59,448 nt of DNA from Terriglobales bacterium (lineage in GTDB: Bacteria > Acidobacteriota > Terriglobia > Terriglobales > Acidobacteriaceae). The notes beneath the pieces are model-generated. The model was not told the DNA's origin. It saw only the letters and a list, made by a program, of their open reading frames with translations, and did not search any database. Below, piece after piece: positions 29,286 to 37,738 of the stretch (position 1 is its first letter; each line of letters begins with the position of its first letter). The translations under genes were made by a program, and so were the position numbers. The DNA lies in contig JBEKED010000001.1 of the NCBI GenBank assembly GCA_050014035.1, positions 1 through 59,448 on the forward strand, in the 5' to 3' direction.

Positions 29286-29846
29286 ATGTCGATTCCTGCG
29301 ACCCAACTCCGTCCCGGCATGATCATCAAGCACAACAATGACTTGCATTCCGTGTTCAGCGTCGAACATCGTACTCCGGGCAACCTGCGCGCCTTCATTC
29401 AGGCAAAGTTGCGCAACCTGCGCACCGGCGCCATGTTCGAGCACCGTTTCCGCTCTCCCGACCCCATTGAAAAGGTCAACGTGGATGAGGTCAACATGGA
29501 GTTTTTGTACGCCGATGGCGACAGCTACTACTTCATGGACACAACCAACTACGAGCAAACCCACCTGACCCGCGACATCCTCGGCGATGCCGTGGACTAC
29601 CTCACATCGAACTTGCAGATCAAGGTGGAGTTTTTCGATGGCAAGGCTGTGGGTATTGAGTTACCCCAGACCGTGGTGCTGACGGTAATGGAAGTCGAGC
29701 CCGGCCTGAAGAGCGCGACCGCATCGAGTGTGACTAAGCCGGCAAAGACCGAAACCGGACTCGTCGTGCAGGTGCCCTCATTCATCAACGAAGGCGAAAA
29801 GATCAAGGTGGACACGGCGGAAGGCACGTATTTGTCGAGAGCGTAG
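29286..29846 (+). CDS. efp: Elongation factor P
   Basis: 186-aa ORF. LRPGMIIKHNNDLHSVFSVEHRTPGNLRAFIQAKLRNLRTG is the classic EF-P N-terminus. Confidence 0.96.
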   Translation: MSIPATQLRPGMIIKHNNDLHSVFSVEHRTPGNLRAFIQAKLRNLRTGAMFEHRFRSPDPIEKVNVDEVNMEFLYADGDSYYFMDTTNYEQTHLTRDILGDAVDYLTSNLQIKVEFFDGKAVGIELPQTVVLTVMEVEPGLKSATASSVTKPAKTETGLVVQVPSFINEGEKIKVDTAEGTYLSRA

Positions 29847-29847
29847 A

Positions 29848-29932
29848 AATTTGCAATTGGTAATTTGTAATTGAACCCTTGTCATGGTTCCGTTTTTCCA
29901 ATTGCAAATTTCGAATTTGAAATCACAAATGC
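29848..29932. repeat. Inverted pair of AT-rich triple-word elements downstream of efp (likely terminator hairpin)
   Basis: Perfect 14-bp inverted repeat: AAATTTGCAATTGG (29848-29861) and CCAATTGCAAATTT (29898-29911). Confidence 0.65.
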
Positions 29933-30225
29933 CTCCAGAACGAACTTCCGTCCACGCTCGGCGCTTTCTAGTTCGCGGACGTGTACAAGGCGTCGGCTTC
30001 CGGTGGTTTGTCGAGCGTGAGGCGCACATCCTGCAAATTACCGGATGGGTGCGCAATAATCACGACGGTAGCGTCGAAGTGCTGGCCATGGGAACGCCCG
30101 AGCAGTTGGCCGGACTGCGATCGCGCCTGCAGGAAGGACCGCGCGCAGCGCGCATCGATAACGTCGAGGAATCCGAGGCCGAGCCCGTTGCCCGGCTCTC
30201 TTCATTTCAGGTTCGAGGAGCTTAG
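29929..30225 (+). CDS. acyP: Acylphosphatase
   Basis: [37 protein letters not shown] is the acylphosphatase signature. I set the start at ATG 29929, because the track's 5' extension translates the repeat element. Confidence 0.88.
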   Translation: MPPERTSVHARRFLVRGRVQGVGFRWFVEREAHILQITGWVRNNHDGSVEVLAMGTPEQLAGLRSRLQEGPRAARIDNVEESEAEPVARLSSFQVRGA

Positions 30226-30244
30226 ACTTAACGTGCAAACCAAC

Positions 30245-30787
30245 ATGCCCATCGAAACGGTAGATTGTGACGGACTCAAAAAGTTGATCCGCGAGGTGCC
30301 CGACTTCCCGAAGAAAGGCATCCTGTTTTACGACATCACGACCCTGCTGAAAGATAAGCTGGGTTTCGCACGCCTGATCGACGCGCTCTCGGCAAACTAC
30401 ATTGGCAAAGAAATCGACCTGGTCCTCGGCATGGAGGCGCGCGGCTTTATTTTTGGACCGGCGCTCGCCTACCGGCTGAATGCGGGATTCGTTCCCGTCC
30501 GCAAGCCGGGAAAGTTGCCCGCCGAAACGGTGAAGGTCAGCTACGAACTGGAATATGGCAGCAACGCGCTGGAGATCCACAAAGATGCAATCGGAAAAGG
30601 CCAGCGCGTTCTGATTGTTGACGACCTGCTCGCCACCGGCGGAACCGCAGTCGCGACCGCGGAACTGGCCAATGGACTGGGCGCGGAAATCGCGGGACTG
30701 GCGTTTGTGGTCGAACTCGATTTCCTGAAGGGCCGCGAGAAGCTGGCCAACTATGACGTGTTTTCGCTGCTCCACTATGATCGGTAG
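30245..30787 (+). CDS. apt: Adenine phosphoribosyltransferase
   Basis: [21 protein letters not shown] and the PRPP loop [14 protein letters not shown] are present. I set the start at MPIETV (30245). The track ORF from 29981 is an upstream extension that overlaps acyP. Confidence 0.93.
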   Translation: MPIETVDCDGLKKLIREVPDFPKKGILFYDITTLLKDKLGFARLIDALSANYIGKEIDLVLGMEARGFIFGPALAYRLNAGFVPVRKPGKLPAETVKVSYELEYGSNALEIHKDAIGKGQRVLIVDDLLATGGTAVATAELANGLGAEIAGLAFVVELDFLKGREKLANYDVFSLLHYDR

Positions 30788-30858
30788 TGTCAGGATTCCA
30801 TAATGTAAGGATCGACGGCACCGGCAAGTTGAGCTCGGCGCCGATTCCTCCCTCTGGC

Positions 30859-30990
30859 TTATTTCAGTAAACGTCCCGCTGCCAGAAACACGCCTTTCCA
30901 AATCGCCAGGCTAACAGCCAGCGACGCAGCGTAAGAGAAGATGGCAATCCAGTTCCAATGCACACACCTTTCGCCTTCACGGATCCACAT
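30859..30990 (-). CDS. Possible 43-aa small membrane protein
   Basis: Below the track's length cutoff. The ATG follows an AGGAG 9 nt upstream. Product: MWIREGERCVHWNWIAIFSYAASLAVSLAIWKGVFLAAGRLLK, with one hydrophobic span. I recognise no homology. Confidence 0.3.
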   Translation of the reverse strand: MWIREGERCVHWNWIAIFSYAASLAVSLAIWKGVFLAAGRLLK

Positions 30991-31247
30991 GGGGGAGGGC
31001 TCCTATTCTCGTTGTTGGTTAAGCAATTATCAGACCATTCATTATTCCCGCAAGTGCTTGAAAATGTTCTTGGAGTATGTCTGTCCCGCCGGCTGCGACA
31101 GAGTGAAATCGCCACGCGCCGTGTGATTTTGCCGCCTCGCCGTCAAAAAATACACCGAAAACCTCGACACCCGAGGTCGGCCAGTCGTCTAACCACCACA
31201 GGAACATTCGAAACATGGTGGTACCCTAAAGTCTCTGACGGAAAACG

Positions 31248-32066
31248 GTGGCTATGCGCAAAGTTTCGCTTTCCATGCCGAGTGTAGTGCTGACGGCGAT
31301 CAGATTCCTCCTTATTTGCGCCTCCGCATGCGTGGGTGTTGGCGAAGCCGCAATCGATTCCAGCCCGCTTCCCACTTCCATTCCAACCGCGCCGCTCTCC
31401 GTCGACCAGGTGGTGAACAATCTTGTCCGCAGAAATGCAGAGCGAGAACGGGCACTGCGCCACTATGAATCCACCCGCGTTTATCACCTCGCCTATCGCG
31501 GATTCCCAGGTGATCGCGACGCGGAGATGACCGTCGAGGCAGCTTACGACAGTCCCTCTACAAAGAATTTCAAAATCCTCTCCCAGCAGGGATCCAAGTT
31601 GATCATCGACCGCGTCTTCAAGCGCTTGCTTGAAAGCGAGAAAGAAGGCGCTGAGCCGGAAATGCACGCCCGCACGCTGCTCGATCGCAGCAACTATGAT
31701 TTCACCTTGATCGCGTACGAGCCCTCCACCCAGGGCAATCGATACGTGCTCGAGGTACACCCGAAAGCGCGAAGCAAGTATGTCTATCACGGCAAAATCT
31801 GGGTTGACGCCACCGATTTCGCCGTGACTCGGATTGACGCCGAACCCGCCCAGAATCCCTCTTTCTGGACCAAGAGAAGCGAGATCCATCACGAGTACAT
31901 GAAGGTTCAGGATTTTTGGCTTCCGCATCGTAACGAGTCTGTAAGCTACATCCGCCTCGGCGGGCGTGCCACCCTGACGATTGACTACGGGAACTACCGC
32001 GTTAACGATTCGCGGCCATCGGAAAGCACAATGACGCCATCCACTTCCAGTAGCCGTGAACCTTAG
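31248..32066 (+). CDS. Outer-membrane lipoprotein-sorting (LolA-like fold) protein
   Basis: Signal peptide, then a pattern typical of this family (YHLAYRGFPGDRDAEM..., YVLEVHPKARSKYVYHGKIWVDATDFAVTRIDAEPA). The start may instead be the ATG at 31254. Confidence 0.7.
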   Translation: MAMRKVSLSMPSVVLTAIRFLLICASACVGVGEAAIDSSPLPTSIPTAPLSVDQVVNNLVRRNAERERALRHYESTRVYHLAYRGFPGDRDAEMTVEAAYDSPSTKNFKILSQQGSKLIIDRVFKRLLESEKEGAEPEMHARTLLDRSNYDFTLIAYEPSTQGNRYVLEVHPKARSKYVYHGKIWVDATDFAVTRIDAEPAQNPSFWTKRSEIHHEYMKVQDFWLPHRNESVSYIRLGGRATLTIDYGNYRVNDSRPSESTMTPSTSSSREP

Positions 32067-32133
32067 TTTCCGTTCCTAAGTGCGTATTTATGAGCCGCCC
32101 GCGGTAGTACAATCCCGCCATGGACGGACCACC

Positions 32134-32643
32134 ATGAACAGCCTGACGCAGCCAAACGTGAATCCCACGGCAGAGCCGCAAGAGTCCAGCCTCCGCCCTA
32201 TCCTGATCGGGATCGTCATCGTCGGCATCGTGGTCGGAGTCCTCGCCCTGATTTTCCGCGCCGAGCAAAAAAAGCCCGCCCCACCCCCGCAGTATGCCGC
32301 GTTCCTGAAATTCTCCGACCTGAAGACCAGCGCAGCCCAGAATTTTGCCGGCATAACGGTCAATTATCTCGACGGCAGCATCACCAACACCGGCGATAAA
32401 ACCGTCGTCCATGCCCTGGTACAGATCCTGTTCAAGGACGAACTGGGACAATTGGCGCAACGCGAGGAACTTCCCATCCACATACTGCGGACCGGCGGAC
32501 CCTACGACGAAGCCGTGGACCTCAGCCAGTCGCCGCTCGGTCCCGGCGAAAGCAAGCCTTTTCGGCTGACGTTTGAGAACATCTCCGCGCAGTGGAATCA
32601 CGCCTATCCCGATCTGCAGGTCACGCAGGTAACGGTGAAGTAA
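32134..32643 (+). CDS. Membrane-anchored hypothetical protein
   Basis: ATG at 32134 gives MNSLTQPNV... A single TM span follows (ILIGIVIVGIVVGVLALIF), then a soluble domain. I recognise no family. Confidence 0.6.
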   Translation: MNSLTQPNVNPTAEPQESSLRPILIGIVIVGIVVGVLALIFRAEQKKPAPPPQYAAFLKFSDLKTSAAQNFAGITVNYLDGSITNTGDKTVVHALVQILFKDELGQLAQREELPIHILRTGGPYDEAVDLSQSPLGPGESKPFRLTFENISAQWNHAYPDLQVTQVTVK

Positions 32644-32732
32644 GTTCAGAGGTCAGAAGAGAGACGTCAGATTGCAGAGGGGGAAACCTCCGACGTGGCT
32701 TCTTAACCTTTGCAATCTGACCTCTGCAATGC
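32644..32732. repeat. Triple-word element pair (words GTCAGA/GCAGAG) between the hypothetical gene and selD
   Basis: GTTCAGAGGTCAGAAGAGAGACGTCAGATTGCAGAGGGGGAAACC is followed by TTAACCTTTGCAATCTGACCTCTGCAATGC. GTCAGATTGC and ATTGCAGAGG have reverse complements in the second half. Confidence 0.6.
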
Positions 32733-32754
32733 TCCCCTCCGCTACAATGACCTC

Positions 32755-33891
32755 GTGCCCGACATAAAACCATTCCGTCTCACGGAGTCCGTAAAAGCCG
32801 CGGGTTGAGCGTCCAAGCTGAGTCCGGCGGCGCTGGACACGGTGCTTGGGAAATTAGCCCGGCAACAGGACCCTAATGTGCTAGTCGGATTCGATCATGC
32901 CGACGACGCCGGTGTGTATCTCATCGCGCCCGAGATGGCGCTGGTGCAGACGGTTGATTTCTTCACGCCTATTGTCGACGATCCCTACACCTTCGGCCAA
33001 ATCGCCGCTACCAACGCGCTCAGCGATGTCTATGCGATGGGAGGAAAGCCGCTGACTTCTCTGGCCCTCGTCTGTTTCCCTGATAAAGGCGACCTCAACA
33101 TCCTGGAGCGCATTCTCGCCGGCGGCCTGTCGAAAATGGTCGAAGCGGGGTGCACGGTGGTTGGCGGCCACAGCATCCGCGACGAAGAAACGAAATTCGG
33201 ATATTCGGTTACGGGAGTGATTCATCCGCAGCGCGTCCTTGCCAATCAGGGCGCGCAACCCGGCGACCGTTTGCTTTTTACCAAGGCGCTCGGCACCGGA
33301 GTCATTTCGACGGCGATCAAGAAAGGTGTCGCAAAGCAGGAGTGGATTGACGCGGCCGTGAAATCGATGACCACTCTGAACAAAGCCGCCGCCGCAGTAA
33401 TCACGGGAGAAGGAATCACCACCGCTCACGTAGGGGCGGACGCCCTCGTCCGCCCAGCCGAGCAAAGCTCGGCAGCAATGTCTGCAAGGCGAAATCAGTG
33501 GTCTGTCCATGCCCTGACCGACGTCACCGGCTTCGGCCTGATTGGCCACGCGCGCGAAATGGCACTGGCTTCAAACGTCAGCCTTTTCCTCCGAGCTGCC
33601 AGCATTCCCGTGCTCGAAGGCGCGCTCGACTGCATCCGCGCCGGCCACATTCCCGGCGGCCTCAAGGCGAATCGCGACTTCGCCGAATGCATGGTCGACT
33701 ACGATCCGTCGGTTCCCGGCGACATCCGCACGCTTTTGTACGATCCGCAAACCGCCGGCGGCCTGCTGATCGCGGTTTCCGCCGAAGATGCAAGTCCGCT
33801 CACCCACGCGCTGAACTCTGCAGGTGTTCCCGCCGTCGAAATCGGAGAAGTGCTACCGCAGGCGAAACCTCTAATCCGAGTTGCTTTCTGA
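32755..33891 (+). CDS. selD: Selenide, water dikinase (selenophosphate synthetase), selenocysteine-containing
   Basis: The track ORF (32842..33891) has SelD motifs: DDAGVY, ALSDVYAMGG, TDVTGFGLIGH, DPQTAGGLL. The frame extends upstream to GTG 32755 through one in-frame TGA (32806-32808). That gives RLTESVKAAG-U-ASKLSP, matching the SelD GxGC(U)xxK active-site loop. Confidence 0.85.
32812..32850 (+). promoter_or_regulatory. Candidate bacterial SECIS hairpin
   Basis: The stem pairs TCCAAGC (32812-18) with GCTTGGG (32844-50). An inner stem pairs GTCC (32822-25) with GGAC (32835-38). The hairpin starts 4 nt after the TGA. Confidence 0.5.
33430..33476 (+). repeat. Double-hairpin REP-like element inserted in frame within selD
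   Basis: GGGCGGACG-ccct-CGTCCGCCC, then GCCGAGC-aaa-GCTCGGC. It encodes HVGADALVRPAEQSSA inside an extra segment of roughly 30 aa ahead of the conserved TDVTGFG motif. A second copy lies at 42536. Confidence 0.8.
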
Positions 33892-34431
33892 TGGCGCCGG
33901 GGTCTGGCTTGCCTCGATCAGTTCCCAGATGTGTGCCAGGTGATGGTCATCGTGCTCGGCCACAAAATACAAGTGGTCCACGAGTCGCATGGGCGTTTTC
34001 AGCCTGGGATGGAGTAACGTGCGTGAGAAGTTTGCCGGGTCGATCTTCTCGACTCGGCTCATCAGTCGTGAGCGGGCGCTTCGGAACTCGGCCAGTATTT
34101 CGCCGATTGCGCGCCGGTTGTGTTGCGCTTCGTGGGTTCTACGATTGCTCAGATCAGCCACGGTAAGCTGCGACGCGTCTGTAAGATAGTCTTCGATCCG
34201 CGCCGTCCATAGAGGTTCGAGATCCAGCAAGTGCCCGGCGTGTTCCTGGGCCGACCATTTTTCATTTTCGCCCGGCTTCCTAACCAGGACTTCGCGAGCA
34301 GCGCCGCGGACGATTTCTTCCAGCCGCGCCGGAGTCCCCCGTAGACGCACGCACAGGTTCGGATGCTGCTCCACTGGAAACGTGAAGTCAAACGTTCGTC
34401 CAAACCAAATCGGCGGTCGGCTCATGGTCAT
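33871..34431 (-). CDS. DinB-family protein
   Basis: His-triad pattern (AQEHAGHLLD ... AEHDDHHLAHIWELI). Its 3' end converges on selD and overlaps it by 21 nt. Confidence 0.75.
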   Translation of the reverse strand: MTMSRPPIWFGRTFDFTFPVEQHPNLCVRLRGTPARLEEIVRGAAREVLVRKPGENEKWSAQEHAGHLLDLEPLWTARIEDYLTDASQLTVADLSNRRTHEAQHNRRAIGEILAEFRSARSRLMSRVEKIDPANFSRTLLHPRLKTPMRLVDHLYFVAEHDDHHLAHIWELIEASQTPAPSESNSD

Positions 34432-34448
34432 AGGCGCTGAATGTCTTG

Positions 34449-35285
34449 TTACTTAGTCTCGAGCAGTTTGTTCACCTCGGAGTAAGGGATCGCTCCCTCC
34501 ATGGCGGTATACGTTCCCGAACTTTTGAGTTCCTCCGCTATCCGCCGCAGCAGGCCGAGCGTTGCACGCATGGGGCCCGCGCCCACGCTTACTCGCGCCA
34601 CCCCCAGCGTCGCGAGTTCCGGAATCGAGGGCGTTCCCACGCCCGCGAGAATGTTGAGCGGACATTCTACTGCTTTCACCAGCCGCCCAATCGTTTCTGC
34701 ATCTTTGAGCCCGGGCACGAAGACACAATCGGCGCCCGCATCACGAAACGCCAGCGAGCGCCGCACCGCTTCAGAATAGTCCGCATCCGGATTCCCGCCG
34801 GGCAGCAAGTACACATCGGTGCGCGCGTTGATCACAATTTGCGCTCGCATGTCCACGGCAGCCTGGCGCGCCGCCTTGACCTTTTCGACCGCCAATTCAA
34901 ACCCGATCAAAGGCCGCGCCGGATCGCTGCTACCATCCTCCAGGTTCATGCCGACCGCTCCGGCTTCAATCAGATCGCGGGTGGTGCTGGCGGCGTCCTC
35001 GGGAGTCGAACCATATCCCGATTCAACATCGGCGGTCACGGGAACATGCACGGCGCGAGCGATGCGGCCGATACGAGCCAGCATTTCCTCGCGTGGAATC
35101 CGTTCGCCGTCAGGATAACCGAGCGAATAAGCGATGCCCGCGGAAGTGGTTGCAATCGCTGGGAATCCGGCCTCTTCAAAGATACGGGCGCTGGCCACAT
35201 CCCACGCGTTCGGCAGAATGAGCATGGCCGGTCCGCGATGCAACTGCCGAAACTGGATCGCTTTGCTGCTCTGGGATTCCATCAT
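34449..35285 (-). CDS. Isocitrate lyase / PEP mutase-family protein (2-methylisocitrate-lyase-like)
   Basis: LILPNAWDVASARIFEEAGFPAIATTSAGIAYSLGYPDGE and NLEDG motifs are present. Confidence 0.85.
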   Translation of the reverse strand: MMESQSSKAIQFRQLHRGPAMLILPNAWDVASARIFEEAGFPAIATTSAGIAYSLGYPDGERIPREEMLARIGRIARAVHVPVTADVESGYGSTPEDAASTTRDLIEAGAVGMNLEDGSSDPARPLIGFELAVEKVKAARQAAVDMRAQIVINARTDVYLLPGGNPDADYSEAVRRSLAFRDAGADCVFVPGLKDAETIGRLVKAVECPLNILAGVGTPSIPELATLGVARVSVGAGPMRATLGLLRRIAEELKSSGTYTAMEGAIPYSEVNKLLETK

Positions 35286-35333
35286 CTTCCCATCCTTATC
35301 GTCGTCGTCCGGGCCGCTGGCAAGCTGGTACCA

Positions 35334-35735
35334 TTAATGGCCTCGAGCTTTATCCTGCATGCGCTCGACGAAACTGGGCACGTGCACCACGGCGCGCCCC
35401 ACGGTCCCGCGCCCGATCTCCTGAGTTCCATCGTGCGCACTCACGCGCATGGTGTAGAACCGGCCGTCAAACGATTCCAGTTCCGCTTCGGCGTGGATGC
35501 GCATGCCGATCCCGCTGGCCGCGCGGTGTTCGATGTTGATCGAGATGCCCACCGTGATTTCTCCCTCGTCGCAAAACGGCTGCAGGGCGTTGAATCCGGC
35601 CGTTTCCATCAGCCGAATCATATCCGGAGTCGAATATACCGGTGGCAACTCGGAGTTATGGGCAGCGAGTGTGTGCTTCAGTTCGACGGTTTCATCCGCC
35701 ACACCGCGTACGCCAATGGGGATCGGTCGGGCCAT
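35334..35735 (-). CDS. Hotdog-fold thioesterase (FlK-like)
   Basis: 133-aa ORF. PVYSTPDMIRLMETAG ... TVGISINIEHRAASGIG ... is typical of this thioesterase family. Confidence 0.7.
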   Translation of the reverse strand: MARPIPIGVRGVADETVELKHTLAAHNSELPPVYSTPDMIRLMETAGFNALQPFCDEGEITVGISINIEHRAASGIGMRIHAEAELESFDGRFYTMRVSAHDGTQEIGRGTVGRAVVHVPSFVERMQDKARGH

Positions 35736-35820
35736 ATTTGCTCAATATGTTTGGGCAACATGATGGCTCAAAAGGGGGAGTGGACATCCGGGCCCTAAAG
35801 GGGCATCTGATTTCAAACAA

Positions 35821-35868
35821 CTTGCGGTATCGCTAAAGCGATACCCTGATACGAAACGCGAGTTTTTC
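35821..35868 (+). repeat. Hairpin repeat family B, copy 1
   Basis: CTTGCGGTATCGCTAAAGCGATACCCTGATACGAAACGCGAGTTTTT. About 85% identical by eye to 58964..59009. Confidence 0.7.
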
Positions 35869-35878
35869 AGTAAACAGT

Positions 35879-36580
35879 TTACGCCGCTGCCCGTTTCATC
35901 CGCCGCTCTTCGAAGCCATCCAGCACCGCCCACAAAGCCTTCGCGGCGCTCTCGGCCGCAACCAACGCCTTTTCGGCAGTTTCCGGATTCGCCTGGACCC
36001 GCTTCTCCAGTTGATTGCGCCAAACCTGGGCGTGGTACACGTCGGCGGTGGCGTGCAAAGTGAAATAGGCGCGGGTTTTCTCGTCAGCCCCGTAGAGCTC
36101 GCGCAGGCCGCGATTTTTCTCTTGCGCCACGCGCGGCACCTGCGATTCGTAAGCATAGAAAGCAGCCAGTGCCTCTTCCGGAGTGCCCTCACTGGCGACC
36201 CGCTGGAACCAGGAGGTGAGCTTGCGAACGCCCGCTACCGGCCGCCGTTTCGCCGTGCGGCTGCCACCCACCCCTTCGACGAAGTCGAGCCACAGTTCGG
36301 AGTGCGACCGCTCCGGTTCGCCAAAAGAATCCTCGCCGCCCTTCTCATCCGTCATATTGGCCAGAACAGCCCGGCGCAGTTCGCCTTCCTCCAGGCGCAC
36401 ACCCAACTGCGCCAGATAGCCGGGAAACGCTTCGACGTGAGGGTAGTAATCTTCAGCGTAGGCGCGCAGATCGTCGCTGGTTAGTTCGCCCGCCGACCAT
36501 GCTTTATAGAATGGGTGACAGAGCAAGTCGTATTGATGAATGCGATCCTCGAGCAGAGACAAAAACGCCTTCGTTTCCAT
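35879..36580 (-). CDS. Heme-oxygenase-like diiron protein (TenA/PqqC/CADD family)
   Basis: HPFYKAWSAGELTSDDLRAYAEDYYPHVEAFPGYL ... FYAYESQVP ... FTLHATADVYH are present. I set the start at METKAF (36580). Confidence 0.75.
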   Translation of the reverse strand: METKAFLSLLEDRIHQYDLLCHPFYKAWSAGELTSDDLRAYAEDYYPHVEAFPGYLAQLGVRLEEGELRRAVLANMTDEKGGEDSFGEPERSHSELWLDFVEGVGGSRTAKRRPVAGVRKLTSWFQRVASEGTPEEALAAFYAYESQVPRVAQEKNRGLRELYGADEKTRAYFTLHATADVYHAQVWRNQLEKRVQANPETAEKALVAAESAAKALWAVLDGFEERRMKRAAA

Positions 36581-36774
36581 GATTTTCCCCATGTGATTTA
36601 CCCCGATGACCTTCAACTATACCGTCGCACGCACCGAATCGCAAGGCATGTATGACGGCGACCTTCTTGCGCAACGCGGCTTCGACCGTGCCCTCACTCC
36701 ACCTCGCTCTGTGTCCTGCGTCACATCGTCGTCACTCTCCAAGATAAGACAATGGCGACGACGGAGGGCAAACC

Positions 36775-37239
36775 ATGCGTGGCGACAAGAAGGTGATCGA
36801 GCAGTTGAATTCGGGTCTAAGCTCCGAATTGACGGCGATTGTGCAATACATGACGCAATCGGAGATGTGCCAGAACTGGGGCTACAAGCACCTGGCCGAG
36901 CGCACAAAGGCACGCGCCATCGAGGAGATGAAGCACGCGGAAGGATTCATTGAGCGCATTATCTTCCTCGACAGCATCCCGACGGTAGATGTGGGATTGA
37001 AGCCACAACTTGGCAGCAACGTGCAGCAGCAAATGGACGTTAATTTCAAAGACGAGCGGGATGCCGTGCGCCAGTATAACCAGGCGGTGAAGGTGTGCAC
37101 CGAAGCCAAGGACGACGGCTCTCGAGCGTTATTCGAGCGCCTGATCAAGGACGAAGAGCGTCACGTCGATTACCTTGAGGCTCAGATCCACTCCATCAGG
37201 GAAATGGGCATCGCCAACTACTTGGCGCAGCAATTGTAA
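36775..37239 (+). CDS. bfr: Bacterioferritin
   Basis: MRGDKKVIEQLN...ELTAIVQYMTQSEMCQNWGY...EEMKHAE...DEERHVDYLE are the bacterioferritin diiron and heme-Met motifs. Confidence 0.93.
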   Translation: MRGDKKVIEQLNSGLSSELTAIVQYMTQSEMCQNWGYKHLAERTKARAIEEMKHAEGFIERIIFLDSIPTVDVGLKPQLGSNVQQQMDVNFKDERDAVRQYNQAVKVCTEAKDDGSRALFERLIKDEERHVDYLEAQIHSIREMGIANYLAQQL

Positions 37240-37269
37240 CTCGCAGCAGTTGTAACTCTTGGACAGACG

Positions 37270-37594
37270 ATGGCTTCTTATCACGTATTCCGCAATCGGC
37301 GCGCGGCGGCGCTTGTTACGGTGCTGACGCTAGCTTTGGCGCTCTCGGGCTGCAACTGGTTTCGCGATTTTGATTTCGCCCGCGGCGCCCGCCTGACCGG
37401 AGGCAACCCGGAGGCCGGGCGAAAGAAGCTGGCCATGCATTCGTGCGGTTCCTGCCACTTCATTCCCGGCGTTCCCAGGGCCGAAGGCAACAGACAAGCC
37501 TTCTCATCGCAAGCCCGGCACCAACATGCCCGATATCTCTCTCACTCCGGAGGAGTGTCGCGACATGACCGCCTATCTGTTCTCGATTAATTAG
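37270..37594 (+). pseudogene. Lipoprotein-type mono-heme cytochrome c, apparently frameshifted
   Basis: Lipobox LALSGC and the heme motif CGSCH are in the frame from 37270. The expected C-terminal axial-Met segment PGTNMPDISLTPEECRDMTAYLFSIN (stop at 37594) is in a different frame, from about 37490 onward. Confidence 0.55.
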
Positions 37595-37738
37595 GCCTGG
37601 CAGCGCCGGATGAATGTCCGGAGCAATGTCCCGACCGATATCCGTCCCGACGCCAGCCTTGCCGGAACCCGCCTCCTTTCGTTGTTACAATGAATTCAGC
37701 AGGATTCTCTCCGCTGTTCTGGGTCTCGACACGAGCAC

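Noticed and set aside
31019-31216. A 65-aa minus-strand ORF in the 460-bp gap between apt and the LolA-like gene.
   Set aside because: It has no SD, an odd composition and no recognisable motif. Only the shorter downstream ORF (30859..30990) has an SD and a TM-like segment, and even that is listed at low confidence.
34446-35798. Long antisense or alternative-frame ORFs throughout the window. Examples: 1297..2340 (+), 15238..16320 (-), 21204..21959 (-), 30038..30901 (-), 31143..31928 (-), 34446..35798 (+), 46187..47407 (-).
   Set aside because: They overlap genes with clear family motifs on the other strand or frame. They have Arg/Pro/Gly/His-skewed composition typical of shadow ORFs in high-GC DNA. 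None shows any motif I recognise.
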